NCBI GenBank assembly: GCA_036275235.1
Contig: DASUEE010000325.1
Location: 1 to 37,262 of the forward strand
Length of the DNA: 37,262 bases
Direction of reading: 5' to 3'
Source: Acidimicrobiales bacterium
GTDB lineage: Bacteria; Actinomycetota; Acidimicrobiia; Acidimicrobiales; Salinilacustritrichaceae
In this document: positions 1-10,165 of the stretch, in pieces
Position numbering within the stretch: the stretch's first letter is position 1
Layout: each line of letters begins with the position of its first letter
The notes under the pieces: model-generated
What the model was told of the DNA's origin: nothing
What the model saw: the letters and a program-made list of their open reading frames with translations, nothing else
Database searches by the model: none
Position numbers and translations under genes: made by a program

Positions 1-135
1 GCGGTCGAGCACGGGTTCGGGGACCGGCACCATCGGGCCGAGGCGGGGCCGGGCGGAGGCGGCGCCGCCGGCGAGGGCGATGGGGGGCGTCGGCGCGCCG
101 GGTCCGGGTGGCGGGAGCGGGGTGGTCTCGGCCAT
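1..135 (-). CDS. N-terminal fragment of a protein running off the window edge (MAETTPLPPPGPGAPTPPIALAGG...); product undetermined
   Basis: ATG at 135 (minus), frame open to position 1; TACAGT -10-like hexamer about 10 nt upstream; same strand as the upstream operon. Confidence 0.45.
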   Translation of the reverse strand, partial: MAETTPLPPPGPGAPTPPIALAGGAASARPRLGPMVPVPEPVLDR

Positions 136-184
136 GCGGGCCGCCACTGTACGGAACGGCCCGGCGCGCACGACCCCCCACCGG

Positions 185-228
185 TTCTGGCAGTCCTGAC
201 GGAACGCGTTCCGCGGTGACTGCCAGAA
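185..228. repeat. 44-bp nested palindrome (REP-like element or terminator hairpin)
   Basis: TTCTGGCAGTC (185-195) / GACTGCCAGAA (218-228) enclose a perfect 14-bp palindrome CGGAACGCGTTCCG (200-213); lies just downstream of the stop at 245. Confidence 0.75.
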
Positions 229-244
229 GCAGTCGGGGGCGGGG

Positions 245-991
245 TCAGCGGCGGGCGCGCTCGGCGGGGTCCTGACGGTAGAAGCCCCGCAGCACGCCGT
301 AGAGCTCGGGGTGGTGCGCCTCCAGGTCGAGCGGGCGCTGGATGAACACCTCGCTGGCGACGGCGAAGAACTCGCTGGGGCTGATCGCCGCGTAGGGCCG
401 CAGGACGGGGTCGGCGTCGGGGTGGCGGCGCAGGCGGCGGTACGCCCGGGTGCACACCTCGACCCACTCCGCCCGCTCGGAGCGACCCTCGACCTCCGGG
501 GTGCCGTCGAAGAGCCCGTCGGCGGCATCGAGCTTGTGCGCCAGCTCGTGCACGACGACGTGCTGGCCCCGCTCGGGCCGGCGCACGTCGCGCCGGGCCG
601 CCGCCCACGACAGCACCACCGGACCCTGCCGGTCGCGCGCGTGCCCGAGCAGCCGCTGGGGGCCGTCGGCGACGACGCCCGCCACCGTCGTGGTCCGTGG
701 CCCCGTCCGGGTGAACGCCCGCGGGTGGACGATGACGGCCCGCACGTGGCGCCAGGCGTCGAGGTCGAGGCCCAGCCCGAGGACCGCAGCGCTCGCGGCC
801 ACGGTCACGACGACCTCGGGTGTGAGGTCGAACCCGCGCGCTGCCTCCCACCGCCATCGCCGCACGAAGTGCTCGGTGAGCGCGCCCGCCCGGGCGCGCT
901 CGTCGTCGTCGAGGGGCGCCCACTGGGGGAGCACCTCGGCGGTGCGCTCCCAGCCGTCCAGCAAGCGGCGGGCCCGCCGGCGGCCCGACAT
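245..991 (-). CDS. MtfA / peptidase M90 family zinc-dependent peptidase
   Basis: HELAHKLD zinc motif, GPVVLSW, YAAISPSEFFAVASEVF and HPELY motifs typical of MtfA; starts 1 nt after the glpD stop. Confidence 0.88.
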   Translation of the reverse strand: MSGRRRARRLLDGWERTAEVLPQWAPLDDDERARAGALTEHFVRRWRWEAARGFDLTPEVVVTVAASAAVLGLGLDLDAWRHVRAVIVHPRAFTRTGPRTTTVAGVVADGPQRLLGHARDRQGPVVLSWAAARRDVRRPERGQHVVVHELAHKLDAADGLFDGTPEVEGRSERAEWVEVCTRAYRRLRRHPDADPVLRPYAAISPSEFFAVASEVFIQRPLDLEAHHPELYGVLRGFYRQDPAERARR

Positions 992-992
992 C

Positions 993-2662
<1,670 letters not shown>

Positions 2663-2666
<4 letters not shown>

Positions 2667-3124
2667 GAGGCCGCCTCGACGGGCGGGACGATGGTGACCG
2701 GGCACGGCGCCCGCTGCGCGACCTGCGCGCTGGTGCTGCCCAGGAGCTGGATGGGTGAGCCGCCGATGCCGCGGCTGCCGAGCACCACGAGGTCGGCGCC
2801 GACCTCGTCGATCACGTGGAGGACCACGTCGACCGGGTTGCCGTCGTGCAGCACGGCGCGGTGGGGGACACCGGCCTCGCGCAGCGCGTCGGTCCACTCG
2901 CCCTCGACCTTGGCGGCGATCTCCTCGCGGTGGGGCTGGGTCGGGACGCGCGGGCCGTCCGGCTCGAGCCGGTCGAGCAGGCCCAGGGCGTGGACGGCGA
3001 CGACCTCGGCGCCCAGGGCCGACGCCAGCCCGCCGGCGAAGCGGACCGCCGCGGCGCTGTCGTCGGACCCGTCGACGCCCACCACGATCACCCGGACGCC
3101 GTGCGCTGCGGAGCGGTCAGCCAT
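2663..3124 (-). CDS. Universal stress protein (single USP domain)
   Basis: IVVGVDGS, ADLVVLGSRG, LLGSTSAQVAQRAPCPVTIVP; ATG 3124 with CACACT hexamer 6 nt upstream. Confidence 0.92.
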
Positions 3125-3204
3125 CCCCCGAGTGTGCCGGATGCTGGCGCGCCGCCGTGCACGGTCCCCGGTCGCTGTCACACCCCCTGGGTACGGTCGG
3201 ATCC

Positions 3205-6200
3205 ATGGGTTGCGAGCTGCGCTGGACACCGCACGGCGAGCCGGCGCTGGAGGCGCTGGCGGAGGTCGTGGCCGCCGCCCGTTCGGCCGACGCCCTGGCC
3301 CCGGTCACGGTCATCACCCCCACGCCGGCCGTGGCGGTCGCCACCCGGCGGGCGCTGGCCCAGCGGCTGGGCGGGGCCCTCGGCATCGGGTTCGCCGCCG
3401 TGGGCGACGTCGCCGAGCTGCTGGCCGCCCCCCGCCTCGCCGCCGAGGTCGGGACGCCGGCGACGGCCGAGGTCGTGGTGGCGGCGGTGCGGGTGGCACT
3501 CGACGCCGAGCCCGGCGTCTTCGGGCCCATCTCCGGCCACCGGCGCACGTGGGAGCGGGTGGCGCAGGCGCTCGTCGAGCTCGACGGCGTCGATGCCGGG
3601 GCTCTGGCGAGGCTGGCGTCCGCCGGCGCCGTCCCGGCCGAGCTCGTCCGGGTCCTCGCCGACGTGCGGACCCGGCTGGGCCACCTCGGGTCGGGCGCGG
3701 CGCTCCGGCTCGCCACCGACCTCGCCCGCGCCGGCGGGGCGACGGTCACGGCGTTGGGCACCGTGGTCGTCCACCTGCCGGCCGCACCTCGCCCGGCCGA
3801 GCTCGCACTGCTGGCGGCCCTCGCCGGCCACGTGCCGGTGGTGGTGCTCGCCGGCGCCACCGGCGACCCCGCGCTCGACGCGGCGCTGGCGTCGCAGCTC
3901 GCCGCCCTCGGCTCGCCCGGCCCCCCGCCGGCCCTCCCGCCCGCCGTCCCCACGGAGATCGTGTCCGCCAACGACGTCGACGACGAGGTGCGAGCCGCGG
4001 TGCGCCGCCTCCTCGCCCTCGCCGACGCCGGCACGCCGCTGTCCCGTCTCGCGCTCGTGCACCCGAGCGGGCCGCCCTACGCCCGCATCGTGGCCGACGT
4101 GCTCGCCGACACGGGGCTGCCGGTGGCCGGCCCCAGCGTGCACCGCCTGTCCCAGACGGCAGCCGGGCGGGTGCTGCTCGGCCTGCTCGAGGTCGAGCGG
4201 TCGCGCTTCGGTCGCCAGGAGGTGGTCGACCTGTGGGCCACCGGCGTGGTCGTCGACGGCGAGGGACGGCCCGTCCCGTCCGCCCGCTTCGACGAGCGCT
4301 CGCGCCGCCTCGGCGTCGTGCGCGAGGCCGCCCGCTGGCACGACGGGCTGACCGCCGACGACGCCCGCACCGACGACCCCGAGCGGCGCGCCGAGAACGC
4401 CCGGCTGCGCGGGGCCCTGGAGGACCTGGAGGCGCTGTGCGCGTCCCGTCCCACCACGTGGTCCGAGGTCGCGACGTGGGCGGGCCAGGTGCTCGACCAG
4501 CTGTGCGGCCCGGCGCGCCGGCGCTCCTGGCCCGATGCCGAGCTGGCCGCCGACGAGGCCGTGCGCAGCGCGCTCGGGCGCCTGGCGGCGCTGGAGGACG
4601 TCGAGGCCGACCCCGGCCCCGACGTCGTGCGCGACACCATCCGCACCGCCCTCGACGCGCCGGCCCCCCGGGCGGGGCGCACCGGCTCCGGCCTGCTGGT
4701 GACCACGCTCGACGCCCCACCGCTGGTGCCGCTCGACGCCGTGGCGGTGGTGGGGCTGGCCGAGGGCCACGTCCCGCGCATCGGTGGCGACGACGGCCTC
4801 CTCGGCGACGAGCTCCGCCGGGCCGTGGGACTGCCGGCCGCCGACGACCACCAGCGCACCCAGCGACGGGCGCTCCTCGCCGCCCTCGCCTCGGCGTCGG
4901 GCTCGCGCATCGTCACCCACGCCCGCCACGACCAGCGCTCCGGACGGGCGCTGGTGCCCAGCCGCTGGCTGGCCGAGCTCGTCGAGCAGCGCACGGGCCG
5001 TCGCCCCGAGACCGAGGAGCTGCTGGCCGGCACCGCGGTCGACGGCGTGACCCTCGTCGCGAGCCATGGCGCCGGCCTGGCGGAGGTCGCCGCGGGTCGT
5101 CTCGCGCCGCTCGACCTCCACGAGCACGCGCTCGCCGCCCTCGTGGCCGACGGCACCCTCGACCACCACCCGGCCGCTGCCGACCCGGTCCTCGCGGCCG
5201 GCGCCGAGCTGGTGCGGGCCCGGCGGTCCCCGCACTTCACCCGCTTCGACGGGAACCTCGACGGCGACGGCGTCGACGTCACCGCGCTCGGGGTGCTCTC
5301 ACCCACCTCGCTCGAGACCTACGCCCGCTGCCCTCGCCGGTGGTTCTTCTCCCAGGCGCTCGGCCTCCGTCCGCTCGACCGCCCCGAGGAGATCCCTCGC
5401 ATCCAACCGCGCGACCGAGGATCCCTCGCCCACGCCGCGCTCGAGCGGTTCTACGAGGAGGCCATCGCCGCCGGCTCGGTCCCGGCGCCGGGCGAGCGCT
5501 GGTCCGACGAGCAGCGCGGTCGCCTCGGCGAGATCGTCGAAGCGTGCTGCGCCGACGCGGAGGCCCGCGGCATCACCGGCCACCCGCGGTGGTGGGAGCA
5601 CGACCGCGCCGAGATCCACCGGGTGCTGCAGCGGGTGCTCGACGGCGACGACGAGCAGCGGGTGGTGTTCGGCACCGTGCCCGTCGCCGTCGAGCTCACC
5701 TTCGGGCGCGACGGCGCCCCACCCCTCGCCGTCGACCTCGGCGACGGGCGCACGGTGCTGCTCGCCGGCCAGGCCGACCGCGTCGACGCCGGCGGTGGGC
5801 GGGTCGTCGTGTGGGACTACAAGTACAGCGGGCCGGGCGGGTTCGCCGCCCTCGCCACCGACGAGGCCGACGGGGGAGACCCCCTCGGTGGCGGCACCAA
5901 GGTGCAGCTCGTCGCCTACGCGATGGCCGCCGCCGAAGCAGAGGGCCTGCCCGCCGAGGCCGAGGTGCACGCCTGGTACTGGTTCCTGGCGCCACCCCAC
6001 ACCAACTCGCTGGTGGGCTACGCCGTCGGCCCCGACCTGCGCGACCGCTTCCGGCGCGTGCTGCGGGTGCTCGCCGACGGCATCGCGGCCGGGCACTTCC
6101 CGGCCCGGCCGGGCGAGCACCAGTACCACCGCGGCAACTTCGAGCACTGTGCCTGGTGCGAGTTCGACCCGATCTGCCCGCGCGATCGAGACGACGAGTG

Positions 6201-6294
6201 GCGAGGGGCGCGCGAGCACCCCGACCTGGCATCGCTGGTGGCGCTCCTCGAGGACGGCTCCGGCACGCTCGTCGGCGCCGGGGGGGACCGGTGA
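3205..6294 (+). CDS. AddB-like inactive-helicase / PD-(D/E)XK nuclease subunit with Fe-S cysteines
   Basis: LSPTSLETYARCPRRWFF, RGSLAHAALE, LAGQADRVD..VWDYK, QLVAY, CAWCEFDPICP (1+3 Cys); no Walker A visible; TACGGT -10 7 nt upstream of ATG 3205. Confidence 0.85.
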   Translation: MGCELRWTPHGEPALEALAEVVAAARSADALAPVTVITPTPAVAVATRRALAQRLGGALGIGFAAVGDVAELLAAPRLAAEVGTPATAEVVVAAVRVALDAEPGVFGPISGHRRTWERVAQALVELDGVDAGALARLASAGAVPAELVRVLADVRTRLGHLGSGAALRLATDLARAGGATVTALGTVVVHLPAAPRPAELALLAALAGHVPVVVLAGATGDPALDAALASQLAALGSPGPPPALPPAVPTEIVSANDVDDEVRAAVRRLLALADAGTPLSRLALVHPSGPPYARIVADVLADTGLPVAGPSVHRLSQTAAGRVLLGLLEVERSRFGRQEVVDLWATGVVVDGEGRPVPSARFDERSRRLGVVREAARWHDGLTADDARTDDPERRAENARLRGALEDLEALCASRPTTWSEVATWAGQVLDQLCGPARRRSWPDAELAADEAVRSALGRLAALEDVEADPGPDVVRDTIRTALDAPAPRAGRTGSGLLVTTLDAPPLVPLDAVAVVGLAEGHVPRIGGDDGLLGDELRRAVGLPAADDHQRTQRRALLAALASASGSRIVTHARHDQRSGRALVPSRWLAELVEQRTGRRPETEELLAGTAVDGVTLVASHGAGLAEVAAGRLAPLDLHEHALAALVADGTLDHHPAAADPVLAAGAELVRARRSPHFTRFDGNLDGDGVDVTALGVLSPTSLETYARCPRRWFFSQALGLRPLDRPEEIPRIQPRDRGSLAHAALERFYEEAIAAGSVPAPGERWSDEQRGRLGEIVEACCADAEARGITGHPRWWEHDRAEIHRVLQRVLDGDDEQRVVFGTVPVAVELTFGRDGAPPLAVDLGDGRTVLLAGQADRVDAGGGRVVVWDYKYSGPGGFAALATDEADGGDPLGGGTKVQLVAYAMAAAEAEGLPAEAEVHAWYWFLAPPHTNSLVGYAVGPDLRDRFRRVLRVLADGIAAGHFPARPGEHQYHRGNFEHCAWCEFDPICPRDRDDEWRGAREHPDLASLVALLEDGSGTLVGAGGDR

Positions 6295-9200
6295 TGCAGG
6301 TGGCCGACCACGAGGCCCGGCGGCGGATCGCCGAGGACCACCACGAGACCCTCTTCGTCGAGGCGGGCGCGGGCTCGGGCAAGACGTCGTCCCTCGTGAG
6401 CCGGGTGGTCGCGCTCGTGCTCGGCGGCGCCGACGTCACCCAGATCGCCGCCATCACGTTCACCGAGGCCGCGGCCGCCGAGCTGCGGGCCCGGGTCCGC
6501 AGCACGCTCGAGGCCGTGGAGGCAGGCGCGCCGGTCCGCTGGGTCACCGACTCGCCCGACGCCCGACGGTTGGCCGCCGAGGCGCTCGACCGGCTCGATC
6601 GGGCCACCATCTGCACGCTGCACGCCTTCGCCCAGCGCCTGCTGCTCGCCGCGCCCATCGAGGCACGGCTGCCACCGGCCATCGACGTCCACGACGACAT
6701 CTCCTCAGCGCTGCGGTTCGCCGACCGCTGGCAGCGCTTCGAGCGCAGGCTGCTCGACGACCCCGCCGCCGCTGGTGCCATGCGCATGGCCCTCACCCTC
6801 GGCATCGGCTCCAAGGAGCTGCAGGTCCTCGCGGCCACCCTCGGGCAGAACTGGGACCTCGTGGAGGAGGCCCGGCTCGCCGGCCTCGTCGACGACGACC
6901 TCGCCGTCGACGTCGACCTCAGCGTCCTGCGGGTGGACGACTGGATCAAGGCGCTCGACGAGGTCGTCGCCCTGCGGGAGTGCTGCAACGACCCCGACGA
7001 CAAGCTGTCGCGCTGGATCGACACGACGGCAGCGCCGCTCTCCGTCGCGCTCGAGGCCGCCCGCGACGACGTCCACGAGGTCGTGCTCGTGGCCACGGGC
7101 TCGCACGCCCGCCCGCACAAGGGGCTGGGGCGCAAGGACTGCTGGGCCGATGACGGCAAGGCCCGGGTCATCGCCGCCGGCTGCGCGGTGCTCGACGAGC
7201 TAAAGGGTGCGGTCGACGCCCTCACCGACCAGGTGCTGACCCGCCTCGGCGCCGAGCTCGCCCGCTACACGCTCGCCGATGCCGAAGCCCGCCGGCGCGA
7301 GGGGCGGCTCGAGTTCCACGACCTGCTGGTCCTCGCCCGCCAGGTCCTGCGCACGCGGCGTTCGGTGCGGGAGCGGTTCCACCACCGGTACCGGCACCTG
7401 CTCATCGACGAGTTCCAGGACACCGACCCGATCCAGGTCGAGCTGGCGGTGCGCATCGCCGCCGACCCCGACCACGACCCCGGCACGCCCTGGGACCAGG
7501 TCGACGTCGCCGAGGGCCGGCTCTTCTTCGTCGGCGACCCCAAGCAGTCGATCTACCGCTTCCGCCGGGCCGACATCGACCTGTTCAGCCGGACGGCGGC
7601 GCGGTACACGGGCGGCGCCACCAGCCTGCAGGTCAACTTCCGCACCGTCGAGCCCGTCCTGCGGTTCTGCAACGCCGTCTTCGAAGCGCTCATCGCCGAG
7701 GCCACCGAGCACGTCGACGGCGGCCCGCCGCGCATCGCCCAGCCCCCGTACGTGCCGCTGGCCCCGCACCGCCCGGCGCTCGTCGGCGATCCCGGACCGC
7801 CGGTGCTCGTCCTCGGCGATGGCGTGCCCCACGGCTCGGCCGACGAGGCCCGCCAGGCCGAGGCGCTCGACGTCGCCGCCGCGCTGCGCCGGGCCCACGA
7901 GGAGGGGTGGCTGGTCGACCCCGGCGACGGGGCGCGGCCGTGCCGGTGGGCGGACATGGCCGTGCTGCTGCCCAGCCGCACCACCCTGTCCCACCTCCGC
8001 TCGGCCCTCGACGACGCCGACGTCCCCTACCGGCTCGAGAGCGGCACGCTCGTGTACGGCACCACCGAGGTCGGTGAGCTGCTGTCCGTGCTCCGCGCCA
8101 TCGACGACCCGGGCGACGGCGTCGCCATCGTGGGCGCGCTGCGGTCGGCGGCCTACGGCTGCGGCGACGACGATCTGCTCCGCTGGGTGCGGGCGCACGG
8201 GCGCATCGCTTACCTCGGCGACATCGTGCGGGCCGACGAGGCCATCGAGGCCGATCCCCACGCCGACCCCGTCGAGCGGGCACTGGCCGACCTGCGCCGA
8301 CGCCACCGAGACGCGCCGTTCCGATCGATCCCCACGACCGTCGGCGCCGTCGTCCGCGAGCGGCGCCTGATGGAGCTGTGCCTCGCCGGTGCGCGCGCCC
8401 GCGACCTGTGGCGCCTCTACCGGGTCGTGCTCGAGCACGCCCGCCAGTTCGCCGACACCGAGGACGGCGGGCTCCGCGCGTTCCTGCGGTGGGCCGACCT
8501 CCAGCGCGACGACAAGCTGCGGGCCACCAGCCCCGTCCTGCCCGAGGCCGACGTCGACGCCGTGCGCATCCTCACGATCCACGGTGCCAAGGGCCTCGAG
8601 TTCGGCATCACCGCCGTGTCCGGTCTGTCCGCCCAGGACCCGAACGGCGTCCGCGGCGCCACGGTGCGGTTCCGGCCGACCGGCGGCTTCGACGTGCGCA
8701 TGCGCACCGGCATGGAGACCGCCCGCTACGAGGCGGTCCGCACGCTCGACGAGGCCATGGACCGCCACGAGCGGACGCGCCTGCTGTACGTCGCGCTCAC
8801 CCGTGCTCGCGACCACCTCGTGGTCAGCTCCCACCACACGGCTCGCGCCACCTCACGGAGCCACGGCGGCCGCATCGCCCAGCGCCTGGCCGCGCTCGGC
8901 GAAGAGCTCGACGACCTGGCCGAGCGCTGGACGGCGTCCGCTCCCCAGGACGCCCGGACGCCCGCTCCGCCGACGGTCGCCACGGATGCCGGTCTCCCCC
9001 GGGCCGGCGTCCCCACCCGCCAGGAGTGGGATGCCGCCGTCGCCGACCTCCAGCGGGCCCGCGACGCCGCGGTGCGCGCCGCCGGCGGCGTGCGCACCGC
9101 CTCGGCGCTGGCCCGACTGCTCGCCCTCGACGACGTCGCTCCGGACGCCGACCCGGACCTCGAGGCCGACGGACCCCGCCCCGGGTCCGCCGAGCCCTGG

Positions 9201-9797
9201 CGGCGGGGCCGCTCCGGCACCGCGGTCGGCAGCGCCGTGCACGCCGTGCTCCAGCACGCTGACCTGGCCGACCGCACCGGTGCCGACGTCGCCGGCCTCG
9301 CCCGCTGGCAGGTGGCCGTCGCCGGCCTCCCCGCCGATGCCGCCGCCCTGGTCGAGGCCAAGGCCCGCTCGGCGCTCGCCAGCCCGCTGCTCGCCCGCGC
9401 CGCGTCGTCGGACCTGTGGCGGCGCGAGGTGCACGTCGCCGTTCCCGCCGCCCGGATCCTCGGCACCGGCGGCGACGCCCCGGACGCCCCGGACGCCGAA
9501 CTGGTCGAGGGCTTCGTCGACCTCCTCTTCGACGACGGTGCCGGTGGCTTCGTCGTCGTCGACCACAAGACCGACGACGTCCGCGGCGCCCGTGCGCAGG
9601 AGGAGGCGCTGCGCCGCTACGCACCCCAGGGCGCGGCCTACGCCCTCCTCGTCGAGACCGCCACCGGGCGCCCGGTCAGCGAGGTCCACTTCCTGTTCCT
9701 GCGCGCCGACGGCGCCGACGACGTCGTGGTGCCCGACCTGCCGGCCCGGGTCGCCGAGGTCCGCGCCGTCCTCGCCGGCGAGGTGGGCCCGTCGTGA
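6294..9797 (+). CDS. AddA-like UvrD/SF1 helicase with C-terminal RecB-family nuclease
   Basis: EAGAGSGKT, IDEFQDT, VGDPKQSIYRFRRAD, LTIHGAKGLEF, LYVALTRARD; nuclease GFVDLL..VVDHKT; ATG overlaps upstream stop (TGATG). Confidence 0.92.
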   Translation: MQVADHEARRRIAEDHHETLFVEAGAGSGKTSSLVSRVVALVLGGADVTQIAAITFTEAAAAELRARVRSTLEAVEAGAPVRWVTDSPDARRLAAEALDRLDRATICTLHAFAQRLLLAAPIEARLPPAIDVHDDISSALRFADRWQRFERRLLDDPAAAGAMRMALTLGIGSKELQVLAATLGQNWDLVEEARLAGLVDDDLAVDVDLSVLRVDDWIKALDEVVALRECCNDPDDKLSRWIDTTAAPLSVALEAARDDVHEVVLVATGSHARPHKGLGRKDCWADDGKARVIAAGCAVLDELKGAVDALTDQVLTRLGAELARYTLADAEARRREGRLEFHDLLVLARQVLRTRRSVRERFHHRYRHLLIDEFQDTDPIQVELAVRIAADPDHDPGTPWDQVDVAEGRLFFVGDPKQSIYRFRRADIDLFSRTAARYTGGATSLQVNFRTVEPVLRFCNAVFEALIAEATEHVDGGPPRIAQPPYVPLAPHRPALVGDPGPPVLVLGDGVPHGSADEARQAEALDVAAALRRAHEEGWLVDPGDGARPCRWADMAVLLPSRTTLSHLRSALDDADVPYRLESGTLVYGTTEVGELLSVLRAIDDPGDGVAIVGALRSAAYGCGDDDLLRWVRAHGRIAYLGDIVRADEAIEADPHADPVERALADLRRRHRDAPFRSIPTTVGAVVRERRLMELCLAGARARDLWRLYRVVLEHARQFADTEDGGLRAFLRWADLQRDDKLRATSPVLPEADVDAVRILTIHGAKGLEFGITAVSGLSAQDPNGVRGATVRFRPTGGFDVRMRTGMETARYEAVRTLDEAMDRHERTRLLYVALTRARDHLVVSSHHTARATSRSHGGRIAQRLAALGEELDDLAERWTASAPQDARTPAPPTVATDAGLPRAGVPTRQEWDAAVADLQRARDAAVRAAGGVRTASALARLLALDDVAPDADPDLEADGPRPGSAEPWRRGRSGTAVGSAVHAVLQHADLADRTGADVAGLARWQVAVAGLPADAAALVEAKARSALASPLLARAASSDLWRREVHVAVPAARILGTGGDAPDAPDAELVEGFVDLLFDDGAGGFVVVDHKTDDVRGARAQEEALRRYAPQGAAYALLVETATGRPVSEVHFLFLRADGADDVVVPDLPARVAEVRAVLAGEVGPS

Positions 9798-10165
9798 CCC
9801 GGGGACGGCCCGAGTCGCTGTCGGCCGTGACGCTCGGGGTCACCGACATGGCGGCGTCGTGCGGGTTCTACGATGCCCTCGGGTTCGAGGCCGCCTACGG
9901 CGGGCCGACGGCGCCGTTCACGAGCTACGCGCTGGGCGGCACCTACCTGAACCTGCAGCTCGTCGAGCGGACCACCACCGGCTGGGGCCGGTTCATCGTG
10001 CACGTCGACGATGTCGACGCCGTCCACGCCCGGGCGCTCGCCGCCGGGTTGCAGCCCACCATGGCGCCGTCCGACGCCCCGTGGGGCGAGCGCTACTTCC
10101 ACATCGACGACCCCGACGGGCACGAGGTCAGCTTCGCCCGGCCCCTCGGCTCAGGCGGGGGGTAG
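9794..10165 (+). CDS. VOC / glyoxalase family protein
   Basis: AVTLGVTDMAASCGFYDALGF, DAPWGERYFHIDDPDGHEVSFA; GTGA overlap with helicase stop. Confidence 0.88.
   Translation: MTRGRPESLSAVTLGVTDMAASCGFYDALGFEAAYGGPTAPFTSYALGGTYLNLQLVERTTTGWGRFIVHVDDVDAVHARALAAGLQPTMAPSDAPWGERYFHIDDPDGHEVSFARPLGSGGG

Noticed and set aside
2755-3204. N-terminal extension of the AddB-like ORF
   Set aside because: Overlaps the USP gene on the other strand, is low complexity, and a -10 hexamer supports ATG 3205
3205-9797. Anti-phage helicase-nuclease defence system or Cas4
   Set aside because: Size, order and motifs fit housekeeping AddAB-type resection; neighbours are core genes with no island signs
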